This document shows positions 23,801-32,671 of a stretch of DNA of 64,000 nucleotides, piece by piece. The notes beneath the pieces are model-generated. The model had not been told where the DNA came from. It searched no databases and saw only the letters and a list, made by a program, of their open reading frames with translations. The position numbers and the translations under genes were made by a program. Origin of the DNA: Oikopleura dioica (lineage: Eukaryota > Animalia > Chordata); the NCBI GenBank assembly GCA_907165135.1, contig OU015568.1, positions 1,426,001 through 1,490,000 on the forward strand. The letters run 5' to 3'. Position 1 is the stretch's first letter. Each line of letters begins with the position of its first letter.

Positions 23801-25153
23801 AAATGTGGCAACCGCAATTTGGACAACATCAGGTACAAAGAGCCTTAATATTAATCCAAAATAATTGACCCAAAAAAATTGATCAGCTTAAAATTCATTA
23901 CAAAGGACTCTAGAAGTGTGTTTTGACTAAAAATTTATGAAAGAATAACCCGAATAAATAATAGATTAGGGCAAAAAGGCTCTCAAATTAGAGCTCGGAT
24001 TCTTAAGATTTCGGGGAGAATTCTTCAAAATTATTCTTCTTTTGAACATCGTTGAATCGATGGAATTCTAACAATGTCTTAATTAAATCCGTAGCCATCA
24101 TCTCGCCCTGGTTCTGTCGACCCTTATCAAATGATGTCATCCTCGACAACCTCTCTTAACTCCTCGGCGTACGGGTTCATGTCCCCAACTCCCCAGCAAC
24201 AGCAGCAGCAGCACCAAGCAGCTCCTCATCATGCAAGCCAGCATCAACTCAGTAGTCATCAGCAAGCTCCAGCACCGAGTCTTCCAAAAGTACCATCTCT
24301 TTCTCAGCTGACCGGACTCAACTTTGATCCGTCCGGCCGTCCGATGACTTCTGACCCGAACGAAATCGCCCAGGCCGTGAAGAAGATGGAGCAATGCCTG
24401 CAAATGCTCAATTCTATTCAACGAAACAACCCAGGAAATTACCAACAACACAATCTACCGCCGCAGCAACAGCAGCCTCAAATGCTCCAGCCACGGGCGC
24501 CGCCAAGTTTAACTGCTCAGCCGTAAGTAGCAAGATCTCCTTTTTCTTTCATTCATTTTTTTCATCAATCAATTTTTCGTTCACACTTTTTTCAAGTCTT
24601 CGTTCAAGTCTTCGAAAACCCCAGGCACTCCAGCCGCAACCCGAATTCCAAGAGCGCGAAGGATCGGTTCAAACTATTCTTTCGTGGCTGCGATTTTTTT
24701 CGCTGAATTGAATTTTTCATATACTGTAGTATTTTCTCCTCGAAAAATTCTGAACCGATAAAAAAGCGCGTAAAAAGCGAAGATTGAGGAAAAAATCGGA
24801 CTTGTCGAAATTCGACTTGTCCGAGCTCCGCAAAAAGCTCGAAAGCGTTGAGAATGATTCAACTGATTCTGGAGGCGATTCTAGCGGCGACAAGGGATTC
24901 TGCGATGGTTCGAATCCACCGTCGGATGGAACAGTTACTCCAGAAAAGAGGGAGAGTGGAAGCGATTCTGGGGAGTCGTCGGATTCTGGGGTTTCTACTC
25001 CGCCGCCAGCTGATTTAAAAATGGAAAAAGTAAGTTTTCCACATTCTTCAGCTCTTTTTCTTGCCATCCCTTTTTATAAACAAATCATTTAAGGAGCTGA
25101 AACCAATCCTGAGCGTCACCAAAGGAATCCTCAAAAGAACAAATTCCCATTAA
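2884..25153 (+). CDS. Large multi-exon Gln/Ser/Pro-rich protein of unknown family with possible N-myristoylation (MGFAKS)
   Basis: Phase-compatible GT-AG exons 2884-3003, 18622-18728, 19440-19639, 23495 (or 23645)-23832, 24095-24522 (or stop at 24526), then putative 24597-24666, 24730-25029, 25094-25153 (..KPILSVTKGILKRTNSH*). The link between exon 1 and exon 2 and the last three exons are inferred; there is a frame interruption near 24751-24786. Confidence 0.6.
3221..3398. mobile_element. Palindromic MITE-like element with CCAAT/ATTGG cores
   Basis: About 50-bp imperfect arms (attcgacttttgtgataatttttttgaactcttattggcaaacc / ggtttgccaatcagagttcaaaaaaatcatctcaaaaatcgaat); no clear TSD. Confidence 0.6.
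3990..4032 (-). ncRNA. Minimal type I hammerhead ribozyme (pLTR, element-sense copy)
   Basis: Exact reverse complement of 4523-4565. Confidence 0.8.
4191..4379 (-). pseudogene. C-terminal fragment of a Penelope-type GIY-YIG endonuclease ORF
   Basis: Open frame HSKNPPKIRYKFSKNDYALKYFDVLQTNLTNESQRRSAEQFLILLHRPSLNEQSDFKQFKTF* matches the R-x3-E-x3-I-x4-P-x-LN-x-Q end of PLE GIY-YIG domains; it stops just before the pLTR. Confidence 0.75.
4523..4565 (+). ncRNA. Minimal type I hammerhead ribozyme (inverted pLTR copy)
   Basis: GTATC (stem I) CTGATGA A GTTTAT-CCA-ATAAAC (stem II) GAAA ACGT T C GATAC (stem I'); palindromic AACGTT stem III; UUC cleavage triplet, predicted cut after 4560. Confidence 0.8.
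5539..5687. mobile_element. MITE family GGAACCGACAAAAA, copy 1
   Basis: TIR-like arms ggaaccgacaaaaattttcgacaaatttt / aaaatttatcgaaattttttgtcggttc; two CTGATTGG boxes; related copies at 10262-10309 and 20561-20714. Confidence 0.7.
5692..6217 (+). mobile_element. piggyBac-like MITE, copy 1 (526 bp)
   Basis: TTAA TSD at 5688-5691 and 6218-6221; TIR CCTTAGCCCGCCAA; second inverted copy at 62257-62749. Confidence 0.9.
6891..7140. repeat. Palindromic element with TGACACC(C)TTA...TAAGGGTATCA ends and an internal AGCCGC/GCGGCT hairpin module (6961-7058)
   Basis: Inverted ends plus an internal module of GAAGCCGC-N2-4-GCGGCTTC hairpins; same layout at 8681-8813. Confidence 0.55.
8681..8813. repeat. 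Palindromic GATACCCTTA...TAAGGGTGTC element with AGCCGC module
   Basis: gtgatacccttaagaat / attcttaagggtgtcac arms flank gaagccgc...gcggcttc. Confidence 0.6.
8888..9570. mobile_element. TTAA-targeting MITE with GG...CC termini (Kolobok-like), 683 bp
   Basis: TTAA at 8884-8887 and 9571-9574; perfect 14-bp TIR GGAGGTAGTCCTCG; one-end remnant at 62189-62252. Confidence 0.85.
10262..10309. mobile_element. Internally deleted copy of the GGAACCGAC MITE family
   Basis: aagaaccgacaaaaaatttcgac...tcgaattttttgcggttcct, TIRs only. Confidence 0.5.
10764..12942. mobile_element. Non-autonomous Tc1/mariner-type element (2.18 kb) carrying a satellite
   Basis: 27-bp TIR CCGTGGGCGAGAGAT(A/T)TCACGACGGAG with 1 mismatch; TA TSD on both sides, empty site TCTAGA; no ORF. 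Confidence 0.85.
11063..12520. repeat. Tandem 55-56-bp hairpin satellite: 25 full units, one degenerate first unit and one partial last unit
   Basis: Unit aaatttaaattaaggggcttgacggcccttcgggccgtctcagccccgtctctggc; units differ only in the aagggg/aaggg/agggg run. Confidence 0.97.
14752..16246. mobile_element. Foldback/MULE-like (Rehavkus/FB-type) element with long TIRs built from tandem repeats
   Basis: 8-bp TSD TTAGTTTG (14744-14751, 16247-16254). Arms start GATGACTAAGTTCGTGGGGACTAGGTTCGTG after 6 mostly mismatched terminal bases and consist of 14-15-bp GGGACTAGGTTCGT units in about 60-bp higher-order repeats; short centre at about 15495-15620. Confidence 0.85.
17915..18017. repeat. Full-length AGCCGC/GCGGCT multi-hairpin module
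   Basis: aatcgagaagccgctagcggcttcgag...aagccgcgttccgcgcggctt...ctcgaagccgcaaacgacatctcgatt; other copies at 18878, 19008, 30113, 46747, 47450. Confidence 0.65.
20364..22985 (-). CDS. Fos/ATF3-like bZIP transcription factor nested antisense in intron 3 of the Gln-rich gene
   Basis: Exon 21563-21424 encodes SPHELDKRNRRRERNKLAQQKVRKKMNEQTAELRRQAVNLEIENAN(L); exon 21029-20936 encodes ESDIEILIRQRDQIVATFIRH (compare Fos [21 protein letters not shown]). The upstream exon at about 22069-21933 ends KRPGKKPARPDE; the last exon ends FTVKTEKA* at 20364. The N-terminus (MGVLR at 22985) and two junctions are uncertain. Confidence 0.8.
20561..20714. mobile_element. GGAACCGAC MITE family copy in the last intron of the bZIP gene
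   Basis: tcaggaaccgacaaaaaa..ttcgacaaattttgcgtgg / ccacgcaaaatttgtcgaattttttgtcggttcctga; inverted relative to the copy at 5539. Confidence 0.8.
22092..22248. mobile_element. Tc1/mariner (pogo/Tigger-type) MITE, 157 bp
   Basis: TA TSD; TIR CAGTCAGGTCTTGCAATT(G/A)CGCG; internal TGCAATT(G/A)CG(C/T)G subrepeats. Confidence 0.9.
22286..22390. repeat. Palindromic hairpin element
   Basis: gggtaggcttcatttcccaaagagcttc / gaagctcttgggggaatgaagcctaccc arms. Confidence 0.7.
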
Positions 25154-26399
25154 ACCATTTCAAACCAACATTCAACCCTAGTCAGTCTAAAAAAGTGCAA
25201 AGATCGACCACTCTGGGTTGCCGAATTTAATTTAACAAAGGAGCTAATCCGGACATTTTACACCTTGTCACGGGGAATTTGCACCACGTTCTATCAAAAT
25301 ATTAAAAAATCCAAAATCCTGAGTACTCAAAAATCACCCGTGAAATTTAAACCAGCTCACTTTCGATGAAACGACTTTTCCTAAGTAGATACCCTTAATT
25401 TTCAATTTCTCAGCTGGCTGATTTTAAGTCTTCTTTCAGCTGTCTGGTAGACAACGTCTGCCAGTCTCTTTCAAAAGCCTAACCCCAACCCTTACTTGGT
25501 AGGCTTCATCCCCTATTTTGACCCCCTCCCCCCTTATTCTAGAAAATCATCAAAAAATTCAGTCGAGTTGGCTTTCAAGAAACCCTAGTTGTTTTAACTT
25601 CCCCTTCCCCTTAGCCCAGTTTCAGCGAGTCATCAAAACTTAAGCCCCTGTCAAGCACAGTAGGAAATAAGGATGAATGATCTCTTTATATATTTACAAT
25701 TTTGAACGTCGGAAAATTTCTGAAGCTCTCAAATTCCGCTCCATCCAAAATTTTATTTACCCTGCGGGAATGAAATGTATAAATCTACCCAGGGAATTTG
25801 TATAAAGTTCAAATAAATAGCTAAATTTAATATATGTCTAAAATAAACCATCACCGGAACCGACCGGTTAGGAATCAAAAAAAGCGCGACCGCCGGGAGC
25901 AAATCTAATTTTATTATTTTGCGACCGCTACAAATTCTTAATCTAATTTTAAATTAGTTCTTATTCTTTCTCCCTTTCTCTTACTATTCGACATCAGAGG
26001 AGCTCCCGGGCTCTCTCTTGAAATAATTGTGTGTTCCAAAATTTTTTGACAATTTTGAAGGATGAAAAAAACGAAGAAAAGAATATTGAAAGAAGCAATA
26101 TTATTAATTATCTTGTAAATAACAAATTTCTGTACAAAAATGACCAACTGTTTCAATAAATTATGAATATATTTTTCTTTTTCAAAAACCTTCGATTTTT
26201 TTTTCTTCTTTTATAAACCCAGCAATCTGTCTCAATACAAACAAGCTACTGAGAGTTCTTTAAGGGCGTAGACAGCAATAAAGCCAAGTAAAGAGATGTT
26301 TTGATCGCTTATTTTATTAATGACTTCAGTCAAGCCACGTTGAACATCAATATGTTGAAGTACAGAAAAAAGTTATAATTAACGATTCGACCCCGGCAA

Positions 26400-27476
26400 T
26401 TTACGGTGATTGAGCGGAATCTTCTGATTTGTAAACAAGCGGCCCGTGGTAATTGGAACTCAACAGGCTTTTTTCTATGTTAGAGATGAAGCAGTGCTCG
26501 CCGAAATCGTGGCGGCAGGACTCGATTGTGGAACCATATGGGAGCTGAATGGTAAAATAAGGGTGTAACAAACAATGTTGACTGTTGAAGAAATGTGTGT
26601 TTAAAAATTGGGACTACCAATATCTACTTTCAAAAAGACAATTTACCTCGGCGCAGATCTCGCAGAAAAAATCCAGGTGAGGGACACCCTTAAGTCGTTT
26701 GAAATCAACACATTGGAAATTTGGTAGTAGACTGTCTTCTTCGACGCCAGAGCCGTAGGGACGTCTGCGTCTTCTGAAAACTTCAAGGGCAATCTCCATG
26801 TCTTTCTTGCCCTTGTTTATCCTTGCTGAAAATATGTTAAAAAAACCGTTAGCGACGTTTTTAGACCGTAAATTATTATTTATCCCGCCCTTAATTAGTC
26901 CCTCTTTCATTTATAATATCTACATACCCATGTCTTTAGTCACCATCTCCGTAAACGTCTCGTAGTCATACTCGCCCCTGAGTGATTCGGGAGTCAATTC
27001 GACGCTCAATTCTCTTCTTCCTCGATTTGCTACTTTTTGAATGGGTAATTCAAATGTGGGAAAGAGCTCTTGAATCGTCTCTGCATATCCTTTTACGAGA
27101 GATACGTAGTTTTCAGAACATCGTTCTAGCGCTTGGTTTTTCAATAATTCGAAAACTGCGAAATGAATTTTCATTTTTCACTCACTAAAATCTCAATTTT
27201 GTTTCCGATTCTCAAAGTTATCAATTCTCATTTCCGATCAAACAAATCACGGACAAGCTGACCCTGAGGTCGGAAACTCACAAACAAGAAACTTCCCAAA
27301 TGGCCAATATTTATTCTTCTCACGTGGTCGCCCAGGTTCTTTCGCGACTCAAGAATAAGAATCTGTCAGTGAAAAAGAATTTCATGTAACAAAAAGGATT
27401 CTTTGAGGGATGGAATTTTTCTAGCGCAAAAAACGTGTAAGAAGATAACATTCTTTCCCAAGATAAATTCATTCAT
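26400..27476 (-). CDS. Hypothetical spliced protein with a degenerate C-terminal RING-like Cys/His motif
   Basis: ORFs 26920-27174 and 26614-26910 plus an exon below 26545 splice to CEICAE-LPYGSTIESCRHDFGEHC; both ends unresolved. Confidence 0.4.
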
Positions 27477-27789
27477 ATTTTCGAGGAATTCGAAATTCGA
27501 AAAGATTTTTTAAGTCAAGCTTCACTTTGAGCTTATAGCCATTTTTGTTTTCAAAAATTTTTCAATTTTAATTTATAATTATAAAACCGATAGAACTGTC
27601 CGGAAAACGACAGTTCTGCTAATTTATCTGGACTCCTTCCAGTTCAATAACCGGAATAGAAATAGACACTCGGTGTTTTCTTAGTGAAAGCATTGTGGTA
27701 TGCACTCGACAACGCAGATTCATTTTTTATTATTTCAAACTATAAAAGGCACATATCCCTCTTTACAATTCAGAATTCTAAGTTGTTCT

Positions 27790-28922
27790 ATGAGAGTATT
27801 CCTTTGCCTTTTTGCTTGTCTCGTCGAGTCAGTCAGATTCCATGAAAACAGCGTTTCGAAACTTTATGAGCTAAATACGTTCTACATTTACTGTTTCATG
27901 CGTGAGTACAGTTCATGGTTTCTTTGTTGATTTATCATTTCCAGGATTTGGAGTAAATCATAGTCGGGAATTAATCGAGATGGAGGAAATCGAAGATCTG
28001 TGCGGTGGTCTTCTTGCAGATCGAATTCGACATCAGTCAAAAGGGTAAATCGAAAGTTAAAAAATGCTTTCAAAAATAATGTTTTCAGGCGATTGAAAGG
28101 AGCTCTAAAATCATTCCAGCAATCTTACCACCATGGCGCAACCTCTAACTTTGGTTTTATTGGCAATTTTCTGAAATAAAAGCTTCCGGACGGCTAATCA
28201 CATCCTCCGAATCGGAAATTCACTCACTGAATAGAACAAAATCGACAATCTTGAACCCATTTAACGAAGTCTTACGGGCAAACTTAGACAAACTTTGTTT
28301 ATAATATAATATAATATAATATACAGACAAAACGGACAATTCCGGAACGGGCAATTCCGGAGATTTGAGGGAAATCGGTAAAAATTTTGTAAACGCACAA
28401 TTCCGGAAATTTCAGACAAAAAATTCAACTGAGAGGTCTATTTTGTATATAGGACCACCTTTTCGCGAAATATTACGAAGAATTTTCAGAAAAGAAATGA
28501 GAGAAGGGTCAAAAAAGCCATGAGTAGCACTAAAAAAGCCCATTTTCTGGTTGACACCCTTAAAAAGGCACTTTGGAAGCAAAAAATTTTCAATTAGAAT
28601 TCGGACAATTCCGGAGATTTGGCGCTTTTCCCCGAAAAAAAAACTTCCGGAATTGTCCGTTTTGTCTGTAATATAATATAATATAATATATTATAATATA
28701 ATATAATATAATATAATATAATATAATATAATATAATATAATATAATATAATATAATATAATATAATATAATATAATATAATATAATATAATATAATATA
28801 ATATAATAAAGTTGAGTTGAACTTTTTTTGCCAGATCCATCGAGCTATCCAATTTCTTACGATTACAAAAGGTCATTTTGCCCGAAACGATCGTCTATGA
28901 TGTGGTCTGTCGCTCACGTTAG
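27790..28922 (+). CDS. Hypothetical small secreted protein
   Basis: Signal-like MRVFLCLFACLVES; phase-compatible GT-AG exons at about 27790-27901, 27945-28043 and 28089 onward; 3' exons would need GC/GG donors and are tentative. Confidence 0.35.
28324..28668. mobile_element. Tc1/mariner-type MITE (345 bp) inserted in a (TAATA)n microsatellite
   Basis: TA TSD; TIR CAGACAAAACGGACAATTCCGGAA; internal CAATTCCGGA subrepeats. Confidence 0.9.
28669..28808. repeat. (TAATA)n pentanucleotide microsatellite, about 28 units; short left part at 28300-28323
   Basis: Seen directly; source of the spurious (ILYY)n ORF. Confidence 0.97.
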
Positions 28923-30511
28923 CTGCTGTAGGTAGTCCTTAGGTTCTTCCGACTGCGGTTTCTCAATATTCTCCAGAAAGGAATCAAGTCAGAGTTGATT
29001 GATTTTGTTGATCAGTGAATTTATTGGATCGCCTCAATTTATGCACGCCAAAGTGGAAGAATGTTCAATTCAATTCAAATCGAGGTGAATAAAAAATCAA
29101 AAGGCGCATTTTTTCGGCGATGAGACAAAGCGATAAAATTCAAGAGGCGAAAAACAACGTGATGTTCGTGGCAAGATCGAGATACTGTCGTTGTACAATG
29201 TACACGATTTTCTTTGAGAGTGAACAAAGGGTCATCATTTTGAGCTCAATTTTCGATGTCTAAAAAGAAAAGAAAAAGGAAAAAAAAGGTTCAAACGTAA
29301 ACTCGAATAGAAGGTTTGCGTTACTACCGCATAAGTTCTGTAAGAACTCCGGCCTACAACATTTTAGACATTTAATCTCAACGTTTCTTGTTTGCGAAAA
29401 TGTCCTTGCTGGAAATGCCAAGACACCGAGGACAAAATTGGCTCTCAAGAGTAGACGCAAGAGTAAATTGGATTTTTTCTGAGATTTTCGAGATTGTTGA
29501 GATTTTCGATCTATGTTTTCATTAATTTGAAACTCGAAGGGAGTTTGAGATTGTCTAAGATAAATTATGTAATCGACGGCGAGACAGATTGTTAAATTGC
29601 GATTTGTCACGTTTCTTGAATCGTTCAAAGCAATTTAAATATTTTAATATATTTCGCAATATTATGCCAATCAGCGCTTCTTCGCTTCGTCTGAACTTTG
29701 ATTGGATTAGTTTCTTTCAAGTTTGTTTCCCCTATTTTTAGCAGGAAAAAGGTAAATTCTTGTAACACTCGCCTCTTGAATTTTTGCATCGTTCAGCCCT
29801 TCGAAACTCCTTTTTCTCGTAGTACTAAAGTAGCAATCAACAACACGCCTAGCCAGAAATTCCGCGTTGGTTCGACTCAATTGCACTCAAATTTTCACTC
29901 ACGAATGACGACTGTTTTAAGTGATGCTCTCTTTTGTTCTCGAGTAGTTTTTTCGTGTTTTAGCACAATATATTTTAGCTATATAGATTTTAGAAATGAC
30001 ATGTACTTCTGTTTTAGATAAAATTATAGCGACTTTATTAAAAAAATTCCCTTATAATCTGGGCTCGGCAACCTGTGCAGATACCTGAGTCAGGGTCGAA
30101 GGAGCTGAAATGAAAAGCCGCGCAGCGGCTTTTTTTTAAACGAAGCCGCTTTGCGGCTTCGCGAATATTCCCATTAAAATCTATAAAAAATTCTAGCGGA
30201 GGAAAAAACGAGCCAAAAGAGCCCTTTTTTGACGAGATGGATCGTAAAACGGAAATTCAGATTCCAAGGTTGGAATCTGTTGAAAATGCCCCTGGCATCT
30301 CCTTGGTAATGACCAAACATGAAACAATAAATGGCCTCGTTAAAACATTTTTTACTAACCACTTATTATCGTTTTCTCGCTGAGTTAATCACAAAAGATT
30401 ATGACTCGGCCAAGACGGATTGAAGCAGAGACTGATTGATTCTATAAACAACGAGAATCAAATATTCAAAACGAAGATTGATTTTCAAGAAAATAATTTC
30501 AAATCAAGTAA

Positions 30512-31383
30512 ATGATGAATTTGTTTGTTTTTGTTATTACAGAATCACTGCTACTGGCGGAGAAAAGCCTCGTTTCTGGAGAATCTAATGATCCTGGGGA
30601 TTATGCTTATTACGAAAGTAGCAATTACAGGAAAGAATTTTTGCAAGATAAAAACCATAATGTAAGAGGCAACGAATTCGAATATAAATTTTATATTATT
30701 TAAATGATTGGTTTATTTTAAATAGGATTCACCGTTCTGTAATTAAAAGTGACGTTTAATGAATATTTTTGAATCTTGATTTATCATCATATATAAAATT
30801 CTTGAAAAGTGACAGTAGCTATTCATATTCGTACTACTCTTCTGAAAACCTAACCGATTTGAAAATCGCCGATGCAGTCAATTGTACTCAGCAATGTGGA
30901 AGCAAAGAGGTACTCGAATTTAATTGCTCGATAATTAGCTCATGACAAAAGTAATTGAAACCTATCGTCGGTGTAAATAATGTTCGGAGATATCTTGTTT
31001 GTTTTTACCGTAATTTTCGAGCAATCAAAACAAGATCAAGTCCGATCAACAAAGGGTACCTAAGTAGAAGGCAATTAAGAAGAAAATAACGGGCTCTATT
31101 GGCTTTTTAGTTTTCGTGCACGACGATTTCTGAATCTTGGTATTTCACGATTTGTTGCATTTCGAAAGAGAATCGCTGCGACGGAAGCCCGGACTGCTTG
31201 TTTAAAGAAGATGAGGAGGACTGTGGCAATTTAGATGTCACAACGGAGGCATCTCCATCGACTAAGGATAACAGGGTGAACTTTTTGGATGATCTGACTT
31301 TTCAAATTTCGAACTCTAGTTCAAGAGTTTCAAATAACTATCTTTATTTATCATTACTGCTTGCTTTTTTAGATTTAGAATAA
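30512..31383 (+). CDS. LDL-receptor class A domain protein, probably secreted or GPI-anchored
   Basis: Exons 30512-30630 (GA donor), 30810-30909 and 31111-31383 join in frame; CGSKEFSC...CISKENRCDGSPDCLFKEDEEDC is an LDLa repeat; hydrophobic N- and C-termini. Confidence 0.75.
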
Positions 31384-31443
31384 ATGAAGATTGATTTTTT
31401 CTGTTTTTTGTTATTTTTAAAAAGGAAGAGAATACAGTAAGAA

Positions 31444-32100
31444 TTACAGTCTGACAGGTTTCTTCGTCTTCCGGATGTTGTTTGGAGCTTTTCCTTTGTT
31501 TGGCTTTTCTTTCTTCGATTTCTTTGATTTCTTGGGCGCTACAGATTGAGCGAAAAGGTCTTCGAGTTCTTTGTCGGTGAGCGTTGTCTTCCTTGAGTTT
31601 TCAGCTTCCAGAGTTTTTCGAAGAGCCTCGGGTAGTTTCTTGGCTTTTTTGAAGTCGTTTTTCCTCTCAGGAAGGGGGACTGGGGTCGAAAAGAGGATTT
31701 TGAGCTTCATCGCATCGTTTGCTTCTCGGAAGTCTTTGCTTGGGACGAGCGATACGCCTTCAACGAGATGAAAATAATCTTCTGGCATCATCATCAGATC
31801 AGCTAGTCTTTCGATGAGCTTTGGATCTTCGCGGCAGAAAAAGTGATCAGTCGGTGGCAAATGGTTCCAGTTGTCGCCCCAAGGAGAAGTTGATTTCCGA
31901 CAAAGACGTCCTCCCCATTGTTCTTTCATTTCTCCAAGGACAACTTCAGACGAATGGAGAGTTGGAAACTTGATGCAGCAGCCGCAGGAAAACTCCCAGA
32001 TGACTCCGACGGTGGATTCGTGGACCAGGGTTTTGAGGTCGAAGTCGTGAGTTGTTTCTACGTCAACGAAGAAGAAATTGTAGTAATTGGCTTTTGGCAT
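31444..32100 (-). CDS. Intronless 218-aa protein with a Lys-rich tail, unknown function
   Basis: ATG at 32100 after an A-rich leader, within the 300-codon open frame; N-terminal FFFVDVETT. Confidence 0.65.
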   Translation of the reverse strand: MPKANYYNFFFVDVETTHDFDLKTLVHESTVGVIWEFSCGCCIKFPTLHSSEVVLGEMKEQWGGRLCRKSTSPWGDNWNHLPPTDHFFCREDPKLIERLADLMMMPEDYFHLVEGVSLVPSKDFREANDAMKLKILFSTPVPLPERKNDFKKAKKLPEALRKTLEAENSRKTTLTDKELEDLFAQSVAPKKSKKSKKEKPNKGKAPNNIRKTKKPVRL

Positions 32101-32671
32101 TTTTTTGTTTTTTTTTAATGTTTTGACACAGCACTGATTCTTCTTATACTGTTTGAGACTCAGTAGAGGCGCAACATGCACGCTGATTCGATAAGATAAG
32201 AAGAAGATAAGAAAGCCAGATGATAGTAGAGATGAAAGAGATTTAGTTACAGAATCTGTAGTACAGATGGTCGTAAATACGAGACAGGTGTTGATTCTGC
32301 AGACTTTTTGTGCTTGTAGTAAGCTTTTCTTTGATGATTTGAACAAAAAAATATGCCGATATGCGCCGACAACGGGAATCTTGATTTTACTTCCGATTAA
32401 TCGATAGAAACAAGTGTTGAAATTGGAAATCTAACGATCAAAGCAAATAATGAAAGAACGACGAAAGAGCCTACTCAAAAACCATAATTATAAAGGCTAA
32501 ATATTTGTATATAATTTTTTATTTCCTCAAGAAAATGAGAACCTTATTGGAAAATTTTGAAAGCTTTTGGAGGTTAACTTCGGAAAAACTACGAAAATGA
32601 CACTAAAAATCAGTTTATTCATTTCAGAAACAGCAATTATTCGAGTCCTCATCAACTCTTCCCATCGTTCC

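Noticed and set aside
27990-28043. Insulin B-chain-like LCGGLLADRIR
   Set aside because: The second B-chain Cys and any A-chain CC motif are missing.
28691-28876. (ILYY)n ORF, and similar repeat-derived ORFs at 33279, 47457-48734, 5826-6225 and 62213-62920
   Set aside because: Translations of microsatellite or MITE sequence, with no transposase motifs.
30661-30809. Frameshifted or pseudogenised LDLa gene
   Set aside because: A GA donor at 30631 with the acceptor at 30809 gives an intact frame.
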